Source of the DNA: the human T2T-CHM13v2.0 reference genome, Homo sapiens
DNA: 64,000 nt
Direction: 5' to 3' (one strand)
Assembly (NCBI RefSeq): GCF_009914755.1
Contig: NC_060934.1
Made by a program: the position numbers and the translations under genes. Under the pieces are notes generated by a model, which saw only the letters and a program-made list of their open reading frames with translations, made no database searches and was not told where the DNA came from. Below, one piece after another: positions 1 through 12,165 of the stretch (the stretch's first letter is position 1; every line of letters begins with the position of its first letter).

Positions 1-129
1 GTAATCTCCCTCTCAACACTTCATTTAGCTCCATGCCTCTGTACAACTTGGGCTACACAGTACACAGAGACAAATGAGGCTTTGACAATCATGCATTTAC
101 AGAATCAATTTTCTCGTGTTTAAAAATAT

Positions 130-3100
130 GAACAGACCGTATTTTTAAGATAGGTTTTAGATTACCAGAAAACTGAACAGAAAGTAAGTAGAGTTTCCCA
201 TATACCCTCTCATCCTGTTCCTACACACCTAGTATCTCCTATTTATTAATATCTTGCATTGGTGTGGTACGTTTGTTACAATTGATAAGCCAATACTGAC
301 ACATTATTTTTAACTAAAGTTCATAGCTCTAATTAGCATTACCTCTTCATGTTGTACCATTCTATGGGCTTTGGCAAGTGCCCAATGTCATGTATTCGCC
401 GTTATAATACCATACACAATACTTTCTAACCTTAAGAATCTTCCAGGTTCCACTTATTCATCCTCCCTGGCCCCTGCTGGAAGCCCTGACAGCCTCCAAT
501 CTTTTTACTGTCTATTCGAGTATAATTTTGCCTTTTCTGGAATGTCTTATGGTCGGAATCATGTAGTATGTAGTCTTTCCACATTGGCTTCTTTCATTTA
601 GTGATATGCATTTCAGGTTCCTTTATGTCTTTCGTTGTGACTCGGTAGCTCATTTCCTTTTGTCACTGAAAGATATTTCATTCTACATATGCACTACAAT
701 TGGTTTATTCATTCACCTATTGAAAAATATCTTGGTTGCTTCCAAATTTGTAATAATGAAGAAACTCATAAGGTTTTTTTTCGATATAAGTTTTCAATTC
801 ATTTGGGTAATCACAAGGGAGTATGACTATAGCCTTGTATGGTAACATGACACTGAGCTTTGTATGAAGCTGCCCTACTGGCTTCCAAAGTGGCTGTTCC
901 CTTTTGCATTCCCACCAGCAATAAATGGCAGTTCCCGTTGCTCTATATGGGTGCCAGCATTTTGTGTTTTAAGTATTTTGGATTTTAGCCTTTCCTGTGG
1001 GTGTGTAGTGGTATCTCATTGTTTTAATGTGCAATTCCATAATCACATACGATCTTGAACATCTTTTCATAGCATATTTGCTGTCTGTATATCTTTAAAA
1101 ATTTCTTTTATCAGAATTTTATAGTTTTTTTCACATCAACTTGTATGTATTTTGTTATAGATACATACCTAAGTATTTTGATATTTTTCCAGAGATAATG
1201 TAAGTGGATTGTATTTTTAAAATTCCAACTATTCATCTCTAGTACATAGAAAATCAGTTGACTTTTGTGTGTTAACCTTGTATCCTGCAACCTCGCTATA
1301 TTTGCTTATTAGTTACAGGAGTTTTATTTGTTGAGTCTTTGAGACATTCTACATAGAAAATCATGTCATGTCACTGGAGAATAAAGTTTTATTCTTTCTT
1401 TCCCAATCTGCATACATTTTATTTCCCTTTCTTGTCCTATTGCATTAGCTAGGATGCCTAGTAAGAAGTTATATTACCGTGGTGACAGGAGACATCATTT
1501 CCTTGCTCCTGATCTTAAGGGGAAATCTACTTTCTCACGATTCAGTATGCTGTTTGCTGTAGGTTTATGTAGATGTTCTTTATCAGGTTGAGCAAGTTCC
1601 TCTGTATTCCAAGTTTGCTGAAAGGTTTTATTATAAATTGGCATTGCATTTTGTCAATTTTTTTTGTATCTATCAATATGATCACTTCATTTTTCTTCTT
1701 TTGTTTTAGCCTGTTGATGTGATGGGTTACTTAATTGTGTTTTGAATGTTGAACCAGCCTTGCATACATTGGATAAATCACACTTGGTTGTGGTAATTAA
1801 TTCCTTTTATAAATTGTTAGATAAAATCACTAATATTTTGTTGAAGATTTTTGCAGGTATATCTGTCAGAGATACTGGTCTTTCACTTCTTTTCCTTGTA
1901 ATTTTTTTTTCTGATTTTGCTATTAAGGTAGTGCTATCACCATCAAATAAGTTAGAAAGTTTTCTTTGGTTTCTCTTTTTTGGAGATTACTGAGCATTGG
2001 TATTCTTTCTTTCTTATATATTCGGGAAAATTCAGTAGGGAAGCCATCTGGCCCTGATGTTTTCTTTGTTGGAAGACTATTTAATTATTCATCAGTTTCT
2101 TTGATAGATAAAGGCCGATTCAACTTATCTACTTCTACTTGTGTGAGTTTTAGTAGGTATTTCCTTTCAGGAAATTGGTCAGTTTCTTCTAAGGTATGAA
2201 ATTTATGAGTACAAAGTTATTCATAATATTCCCTTACTATCATTTTAATATCTATGGAATCAATATTTACCATCTCTTTTTGATTGTGATGTTAGCAAGT
2301 TGTATTTTCTCTTTTGTTCTTGTTAGGCTGACTAGAAGTTTATTAATTTTTTGGTCTTTTCAAATAATTAGCTTTTGGTTTCGTCAATTTCTCTATTAAT
2401 TTTCTGTTTTCGCTGCTATTGATTTCTGCTCTAATTTTTATTCATTTTGTTCTGCTTACTTTTGATTAAATTTGTTTTCTTCTTCTTCTAGTTGCCTAAA
2501 TTAGAAGCTTATTTTATTGATTTTAGGTCTCTTTTATTTTCTAAAATATTCATTCAATGCTACAAATTTCCCTCTAATCACTGTTTTTGCTGCATCATAC
2601 AAATTTTAATGACTTGCATTTTTGTATTTATTTAATCAAAATACGTTTAATTTTGATTGAATTTTTTGATTCATGTCTTATTAGAAGTATGTTGTTTAAT
2701 CTCCATATATTTTAAAATTTACCAACTATCTCTCTGTTACTGGTTAATACTTTAATTCAGTGTGGTCCGTGAGAATACTTGGTATGATTTCAATTATTTT
2801 GAAATTTGTTAAGATATGCTTTATGGTTTAGAATGTGGACTAACTTGGTGAATGATCCATGTGATATTGAGAAGAAAATGGTTTGTGCTGCTGTTGAAAG
2901 AAATGTTCCATAAATGTCAATTAGATCCAAATGATTGATGGTACTATTCAGTTCAACCATATCCTTACTGGCTTTCTGCCTGCTGGGTATGTTATTTATT
3001 CATAGAGAGTTGTTGAGGTTTCCAACTGTAACTGTGGAATTGTCTACTCCATCTTGTAATTGCATCAGTTTTTGCCTTACATCTTCTGGCACTCTTGTTA

Positions 3101-6100
3101 GGCATACACAAATTAATTCTTGCTATGTATTCTTGGGAAACCAACCTTTGTCATTATGTAATGCAACTTTTTGTTCCTGATAATTTTTCTTGCTCTGAAT
3201 TTGTTTAGTTTAAAATTAATACAGCTACTTTAGCTTTGTTTTGAGAAGTGTTAGCCTGGTATATCTTTCTATATCTTAATTTCCCTGTATCTTCATATTT
3301 GAAGTAGGTTTTTTGTAGACAACATAGAATTGAATCTTTTTTCTTTTTTGTTAATCCACTCAGTCTTTGACTCTTAATTTGATGCATCTAATCCGCTTGC
3401 ACTTAAAGTTATTATTGATATAGTTAGATCAATATTTACCATATGTGTTACCGTTTTCTACTCACTGCCCTTGTTCTGTGTTCCCTTTTTTGTCTTCCAG
3501 TCTTTTTTTTGCCTTCTGTGGCTGTAAATAAGAATTTCCTATTATTCAATTTTTTCTCTTCTCTTAGCATATCAGTTATATTTCTTTTAAAAAACTTTTT
3601 AGAGGTTGTCCTAAAGTCTTCAATGTACATTTACAACTACTCTAAATCCACTTTCAAATAGCACTACACTGTTTTGTGAGTAGTGCAAGTGCCTCCTAAC
3701 AGAGTATTCCCAATTATTTCCTCCTACTCCTCACTGTATTATGGTCCTTCATTTCACTGATCCACAAACTATAATGACCCAATACATTGTTATTACTTTG
3801 AAAAAAATTGTATCTGTTAGATCAATTAAGAATAGAAAAGTAGAGATTTTATTTTACCTTTATTCCTTCTCTAATGCTCTTTCTTTGTATAGATCCAAAT
3901 TTTTGACCTATATAATTTCCCTTCTTTCTGAAGAACGCCTAATATTTCTTGCAAGGCAGGTGTACTCAATTCTTGTTTGAGAAAACATTTTTCTCTCCTT
4001 TGCTTGAGAAGGATAATTTTGCTGTATATAGAATGTTAGGTGGGTGATTTTTTCCTTGGAGTGTTTTAAGTATTTCATGACATTTTCTTCTTGGAAGGTT
4101 CTGTAGGGTTTCTTAAGAGAAGTCTATTGCAATTCTTATCCTTTGTGTTTTTATTCCCTCCGACGTCTTTCAAGATTGTTCTGCCTTTGATTTTCTGCAG
4201 TTTGCAGTTTAATATGTATATGGAATCAGTAGTTATGGTCTCTTTTTCATTCTGATATTAGCAATTTTAATTTCTGTATTTAAAAATCTAGGTGTAGATT
4301 TTTTGGTATTTATCCTGCTTAGTGTCTGAGTTTCCTGGATCTGTGGTTTGGTGTCTCATTAATTTAAGCAAATTATCAGCCATTATTATTTTAAATATTT
4401 TGTTTCTCCTTCTGATATTCCCATTAGAGGCAGACTACATCTTTTATGATGCCCCTCAGTTCTTGGATATTGTGTTCCATACTTTTTATTCTTTTACAGC
4501 TTTGCATTTCAGTTTGGGAAGTTTCTGTTGACATAACTATAAGCTCATTAAGTCTTTCCTTGGTCCTGCCGAATCTACTGATGAGCCCATTAAAGGCATG
4601 TTTTATTTTTGTTATAGTGTTTTTGATGTCTAGCATTTCCTTTTGATTCTTAGAGTTTCTGTCTCCTGGCTTAATTGCCCATCTGTTCCTGAATGTTTTT
4701 CCATTAGACTCCTTAGCATATTAATTATAGCTATTTTAAATGACCATTCCGATAATTCTGAAACCACTACCATATCTGAGTCTGGTTCTGATATTACTTT
4801 GATTTTTCAAACTATGTTTTTGCCTCTTCACATGTTTTTAAATTTCTTGTTGAAAGCCAGACATGATGTATCAGGTAAAAGAATAGGAGAAAAATAGGCC
4901 TTTCATTGGAGGTTTTATGTTTGTCTGGCTAGGGTTGATATGCTGCTTATTGTTTGCTGTAGTTGTATGTCAGAGGATAAAATTTCTTCTAATATCCTTG
5001 GTTTTGTCTCCTCTGTTATCTCTGGGTTTTCTTAGAGGCTCCTTCTTAAGTAGTGTCTGAGGCGTGCAGTTCTGTAAAGCCTTGTTATTATTCAGGAGCC
5101 CCGCTGATGTGGTGGGAAGGTGTGGGCAGTGGGAAGTGCTGTGTAATCCTATGATTAGAGCTCTGTCATTCAGGGTGGCTGTGCCCTTCTGGCTGTGACC
5201 TTCACAAGTGCTTCTCAGGTATTTCTTCTCTTAGGTGAAGCAGGAAGTCTAGTGTGAGCAGAAGTCGGGTACCTCAGTTTCCCCCTTATCTACAGTTTCT
5301 CTTTCTGCAGTTTCAGTTGCCCATGGTCAACTGAGGTCAGAAAACAGCTGTGTAGAGTACAATAAGATATTTTGAGACACAGAGAGAAAGACCATATTTC
5401 CATAACTTATACTAGAGTATACTGTTATAATTATATTTTGTTATTATTATTAATCTTCTACTGTCCTTGATTTATAAATTACACTTTATCATAGGTATGT
5501 ATGATAGGAAAACACATAGTATATATAGGGTTTGATACTATCCCTGGTTTTAGGCATGTAGTAGGGGTCTTGGAAGCTATTCCCAGTGAATAAGGGGAAC
5601 TATAGTATTTTTCTTCCCTCAGAGAAGCCAGGTTCTGGTAAAACCCAAATGAGCTAGGCTCTGGCATAATTGCTTCTTTTGAGGGCAGTCCTTTCTTAAG
5701 GAGAACAAAATGTTCCAGGCATATTTCAAAATAGTTTTTTCTCCTCTGACTGCCTGAAATAAAAGAGGATTTTTATTTGGTCTTCACCCTGAGAATCTGG
5801 TGGGGCTCTTGGTGGTAAAACTCAGGAAAGCATAAAGACACTCCTAAGATTGTCCTCTTCTTTGGAGGTTTTAACTCAAACCCATCGAGTCTCAGCCTCT
5901 GGTAATTTGTCAGTTACAGTCACAGTACTCCTGTCAGTTCAGCCGCTGGCTTCTGCTCCTTTTAAGCTGTGGCTCTTGAATTTCCCTGTCTCGCCACTTT
6001 TAGTGGCCGTAGTTTGCCATGGGATCTTAATTTCCTGATGGATCTAAGAAGAGTTGTTGATTTTCAGGATTTGATTGGTCTTTTTGGTGCTGTGAGAATG

Positions 6101-6130
6101 TGAGTGATGATTCAAAGCTCTTTACATGCT
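130..6130 (-). mobile_element. Old near-full-length LINE-1 (L1MC/L1MD-like), antisense, with internal deletions
   Basis: T-rich L1 antisense sequence in the expected order: 3' UTR from ~130 (gttttagattaccagaaaactgaacagaaag...gtttcccatatacc), ORF2 remnants (minus ORF 3205-3387 reads ...ILCCLQKTYFKY...KIYQANTSQNKAKVAVLI, endonuclease-like), ORF1 coiled-coil remnant (minus ORF 4424-4636, MLDIKNTITKIKHAFNGLISR), and 5' UTR ending near 6130. Confidence 0.85.
5275..5605 (+). mobile_element. MER44-type (Tigger7-derived, TcMar) non-autonomous DNA transposon inserted in the L1 5' UTR
   Basis: Degenerate terminal inverted repeats cagtttcccccttatc... / ...aataaggggaactatag followed by TA; internal motif ttatcataggtatgtatgataggaaaacacatagtatatatagggttt matches the recalled MER44A consensus. 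Confidence 0.8.
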
Positions 6131-7254
6131 GCACCAGAAACTGGTGGTTGAGAACTGAAATTTTAGAGCTAAAGGGGAACAATAGATTATAACAATCTCA
6201 TTTTAAGAATGAGAAAACTTGAATGCTGATTAGATAAATAACATTCCAAATCCTAACTTTAGTAAATTCCTATGATAATTTAATGTGATCAGTCCTCTCT
6301 CATTTCTAAATGGCTGCTGTACCAGCTCCTCCTTTATCTTCCCCACCAATCTTTAGGAATAAATTTTATTCAAAATGGCACAATGAGATATCAGTGTATT
6401 ATAGATGCATGTAAAGTTGAGAGATTAATGAGAGATGCTCCATTTGAGGGTGGAAAAAAATGTTAAAATTTCAATTCTGATTTATTTCAATTTCATTTTC
6501 TTTATATTCTGAGTGTTCACTTTATTATATATGACTTGAAAATAAATAAACATGTACACGGGGGGCATACTTAGAAATATTTACTGGTGAGAAATGCAAA
6601 GCGAAGAATTTGGAAACCACTGTAAATGATTCTTAAGTTACTGCTAAGAGCAAAGAGCATCTGAATGTGTAATTATCAACACATCCCCAGGGATTCATGT
6701 GATTGCTTGCTCTCTCATTTAAATACATACATCTACAGACACAGTACTTGTGCAGATGTGAATTGAGTGCATCCTGTCCATTATCTCACATACTACCTCA
6801 AGGACTTTTTTTCGTGGTTATTCTCACTATATTGATACCTCTTATTTGCAAGTTCTTCTGTGTCTCAATATCTTAGAAAGGTGTCAATTCCTAAGAGTTT
6901 CACTGGCGTGATAACGAGATTGTATGCGAGATAGGGGAAGGGGGTAAGTAACAGCTCAAAAACTGTTTGGATTTATTTGAGTATAAATGCATTGTTTCAT
7001 TTTTACTGAACTTTTTTCTTCATTTTCCTGCTAATATCCCAAAGGTGTCCTTGGTCCTATTTGTGATAATTTATTTAAAGTCTTCAGATTGCACAAATTG
7101 AAATGAAGTTAAAGATTAATAGAAAAACAAGGCATTGGTGTTTCTGACATAATGATAATAAATATTTTTGGCAGATTTTCTACTATGGATTCTCTTGTGT
7201 ATTTGACCATGGGACGTTAAATGAATATTGCTAAAATGGCTGTACCTGCATAAG

Positions 7255-7397
7255 AATATATTTTAGAATGAATAAGGATCTTATAATTTATGTTACTCAA
7301 TCTCTTCATTTTTAGGTAATAAACTTAGGTCCATAAAGGTTAAGTGATTGGCAAGGTTTAATTCCTAGGTAGTGGCAGAACCAGAAGATAACCTAGG
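7255..7397. mobile_element. MIR fragment, interrupted by the MLT2 LTR
   Basis: MIR core-like sequence aaacttaggtccataaaggttaagtgattggcaaggt...gtagtggcagaaccag. Confidence 0.55.
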
Positions 7398-7849
7398 TGT
7401 GATGATTAATTTTATGAGTCAACATGACTGGGCCATGAGTTGCCCAGATATTTCGGCACAGATTATTCTGGGTGCTTTTATGAGGGTGTCCGGATGACAG
7501 TAATGTTTAAATTGGCAGGCTGAGTAAAGCAGATTGCTCCCTCTAATGTAGGTGAGTCTCACCCATTAAGCAGAACATCTGAGTAAAACATAAAGGCTGA
7601 CATCCCCAAAGAGGGGATTCTTCTTTTCTGATGGCCTTTAGAATGAGACGTTGGATCTTCCTGGGTCTCAAGCCTGCAGGCTTTGGATTGGAACTATACC
7701 ACTGGTTCCTCTAGGTCTCCAGGTTGCTGACTTACCCTGAAGATCTTAGGTCTTATCAACTTCCATAATCACACAAGCCAATCTCTTAGAATAAATCTCC
7801 TTATATTATCCTATTGCTGCTGTTTCTCTGGCTATCCTTGACTAATATA
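7398..7849 (+). mobile_element. MLT2-family solo LTR (ERVL)
   Basis: Starts tgtgatgattaattttatgagtcaacatgactgggcc and ends ccttgactaatata; exact 5-bp target-site duplication ctagg at 7393-7397 and 7850-7854. Confidence 0.85.
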
Positions 7850-8716
7850 CTAGGTATTACACTACAGAAGGGACTATTTATCCTTTTCCACCCTGTGTTA
7901 CTCTTTAAAATTTAGTATTGGCTATGTGAGAAGAGTCACACTGTGTATATACTCAAGAAACCACAAGTCCTGTAGGCCATGTGCCCTAGGGGTCCTATAG
8001 CAGGAATGGGAAGAGGTGAGGTAGTATGCTACAGGGAATAAGATTCATTTTACCTTTATGATTGGCCTGAAAGAAAATGCAGGGTCTTTCTTTAGCAAAC
8101 TAAGCTCTCAACTGCATCCTAAATCTTCAGACTGCCTGTCAGGACTCTAGTCATTGTGTTAGTTCATATTCTCTGATTCATTCTGGGGATAGGAGAATGT
8201 GATGAGGACTTTATTCTCAATAAAATAGATCTTGGTTTGCCTTTGTAAACATTAATCACAATATTTGGATTCTATATTTCTGGGCATGTTTCATACTGTG
8301 CATAATATATACACACATATATAATATACCTTATAAAACACACACATAGCTATATATTTATACTTATATATAAAATATATAAAATACACATGTGTAATAA
8401 AGATTTCGGAAGGCTATATTTTACTGATTCCCTACACATATTTGAAGATAATATTTTCGAGACCTACGTGAGACTACAATAATAGTGTTTAATATAATAC
8501 AAGTAAAATGATAGTATACATGTAAGAACATAATATCAATATCATCCATTTTATCCTCTTATAAAAATAGTACTTAACACTTATGACCAATTAAAAATTT
8601 AATTTTGTATATATTTTGAGGTCTATGTTTTGAAGGATGTATGAACACAAATTCAGATCTTTATATTAATAAGCTATGTTGCATTTAGATCTTTCTGTGT
8701 CCTTGATAGTAATTTT

Positions 8717-9016
<300 letters not shown>

Positions 9017-9091
9017 TAAAAACTATTATAATACTGACAAGTGCATTCATCGCAATAAAATAAACTTTATTAATTAAAGATAATGATTATA

Positions 9092-9453
<362 letters not shown>

Positions 9454-9899
9454 TTATTTCACAAGCAGCTATAAAAGGAACAATGGAGAGGATATCAGAT
9501 TTCTCTACGCTATTGTATGACATGGGTCAAAGTATACTTTAGTTGCTTTCACATTAGAGATTTGGTAGTCCAAACTTCATTTCAATTACAAAGACATTAA
9601 AATGCACTCAAATCTATTTTGATCTTCATTTGTATTCAAATGTCCATTACAAAGACTGAGGTAGAGAACTGTGGTCAAGACATTTCAAACCAGAGTTCTG
9701 TAGGAAGAGTAGAGGTGGAGTTAATACATTAAGTCAAGAAATCTGATAGGTTAATGAGAAATAAAGTCTACCCATTTTCTGCATTAACAGAGGTAAACTG
9801 GAAAATTTGGCCTTTTCTTCATATTTAATTAGCAATCTCTTATGAATCTAATTCCTATTGCATTCCACAGCTAACCAAGTGGAGTGAATAAGAGTATCT

Positions 9900-10080
9900 G
9901 TGAATAAGCGTCAAATAAGCATCTAGTGGTGGGGGAGGCTGGGCGGGGGAGTAGGGTTTGAGAGCTGAGCTCTGGTGACGCAGCAGTTTACTCCTCAGCA
10001 GGGCAGAGTTTTGCTCAGGTTTAAGAGCCAGTTCAAAGTGTTATTAAAAAAAGGAATAAGGTATAGTTACCATAGCAACT
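9900..10080. promoter_or_regulatory. Candidate promoter/enhancer motif cluster (RFX X-box, GC box, CRE half-sites, G-quadruplex motif)
   Basis: GTTACCATAGCAAC at 10066-10079; GGGCGGGG at 9941-9948 inside a four-G-tract motif at 9931-9956; GCGTCA at 9908-9913 and TGACGC at 9976-9981. Motif evidence only. Confidence 0.35.
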
Positions 10081-10734
10081 GACACACCACATGACATTGA
10101 TATTTTCCCTCCTGAGAAGAAAGCCCATTGTTAAAGCAACTGTCACACAAACAAAATTCTCCCTGATAAAGTTACTAAAGTTTTAAACTGCTTCCTCAAG
10201 GGGAAAAAATTGAATTTTAACAGATACATACATTTAAAATTATCAGGGGACCAACAAAAAAATTCAGAAATATTGTATTATTACATGCAAAATAATCCAA
10301 GCTTTTCTAATTGTCATACACATCATTAGGTGACCTCTCATGAAATGCAGTAATTTACTAGATGTTATGTATGCTTATGTCAGAGAAGAGTGGATAGATA
10401 ACTCTTTCTCAATAAAGTAATCAAACTTCGGCCCATATTCTTCAACAGATGACTGACTGATTTACTTGAAAATCTTCAAATTATGTGACATTTAATTCTG
10501 CCTTGAAGACTTATTTATTTTCTTTCTAAATGCTTTTATGTTATGACCTTTGGGCATCTCGTTATTAGTGAAGTGTCTCATTTATCAAAACCTTCCTCAA
10601 GAAAATAGTTTTCAATTTGACTTGATAGAAGGATATCAATAATTCAAAATTGAATCAAAATCATTTATAAATCCTTGTGTTGACTTCCATTGCTCCAGGA
10701 ATATTTTTCAAAATATTACGGCAATAATAGAAAA

Positions 10735-11950
10735 TATCAGAAGAGATTGTTAGAGAAGAGATGAGAAGAAGACCACGGAATGGGAACCTTCAATATTAAG
10801 GTGGTCACAGATAAGCAAAGATGCCAGCCAAGAAGAGGCAGTGGGAACAACCAGGGAGATGGGAGAAAGACAAAATGAATAGCAGGCTTTTGGAATCCAA
10901 GTGAAGACTGTTCTTCAAAAGGTGAGTGGTTCACTGTGTCCTGTTCTGCTGAAAGGACTGAGCATTGTGCATTGCCATCAGCAAGAGAGAAGTCAACAGC
11001 CCCAGTGACTGACGAGGGCAAAATCCTGACTGTAGTTGTTAGTTTAAGAGAGAATGAGAGGGGAAAAAAATTGGAGAGCAATTGTGCAGACATTTTCAAG
11101 CTTTTCTGCAAAAGGATAAAAAATGGAACAGAGTTGGTGGATCCAAGAGAGGGCTTTTAAAAACTGAGAGACATAAAAGCATATTTTTATACTATAGGGA
11201 ATGATTGATGGGATGGGGTGTAGTTACAAACTGAGCGACTAGTTTCAGAGAGATGATGAAAAATTCGTCTACGACGAAATGCCAAAAGGCAGAGAAAACG
11301 AATGCTGGAAGTGAGTGTATGTGCCAGTGGAAGTCCATGGGTCTATGGAAGTTTTTCTCCATTTGTTGTATTTTCTCCTTGAAATAAGAAATTAAGTTAC
11401 TATCTAAAAGTGAGCTGTTGGGAGGATGCAATGGAGGTCTGGAATAGAGCAAGATGTGAAACTATTAAGGAAATTTAAAATTATTTCCAGGTAGCCTTAA
11501 GAACTCATGAAGGTATGTGTTGTGAATTTCAAACACACATGGTTTTGTGTGCATGTGTGTGTGTGTGTGCATTTTGCTCTAGTCATTTTCAGCTAAATGG
11601 TAGCAGGTGTGGAGTAGGCAAAGTTAGATTTAACAAAGGCTTTGATTTTTCTAGGTTAGTGCAATGAAGTTAGAGAAGGATGCAGAAGTCATTGAAATGA
11701 AGGAAGTAATTATAACGGTTAACTATGGAATCTAAGCTGTTTAAAGCGAGAGAAAACTCATCTTTCCCTTCTACAAAGTGAAGGACAGTGAAAGCTGGAA
11801 GGATCAATAGAATGAAGGTCCCAGTGAAGAAAACTTTACAATTTTGGGACCAGAGAGAATGAGCTGGAAACACAGAAAATCACAGAGTGAGACACACAGA
11901 TCTGAGAATATGGAGGGATCGCAGTAAATGGTATGACATAAGATCTAGGT
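10735..11950 (-). mobile_element. L2 remnants
   Basis: Purine-rich sequence with typical antisense L2 motifs (tggaatccaagtgaagactgtt...gagtggttcactgtgtcctgttctgctgaaagg; agacattttcaagcttttctgc). Confidence 0.6.
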
Positions 11951-12059
11951 TAAAACCTGATACACTTTACTGAAGCATGGAATATGCTTACACAGAGTGT
12001 AACTAAATATTCAAAATGTTGCTAAATGATGCCAATGATTTTGTTTATTGTATTTTCTG

Positions 12060-12165
12060 ATAGTTACTCATCAAACACTGGACATGACATATAGGAGAAT
12101 TTGAATAGATATTGGTTGAATAAATGGATGAATGGGCAGGTGGATGGATGGATGACTGGATAAAA
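12060..12165 (+). mobile_element. L2 3' end
   Basis: cactggacatgacatatagg...aatagatattggttgaataaatggatgaatgg, the typical L2 tail with (TGGA/TGAA)n. Confidence 0.55.

Noticed and set aside
9918-9932. CTCF-like sequence gcatctagtggt
   Set aside because: It deviates from the core (ccactagatgCt versus ccactagatgGc), so it is too weak to call.
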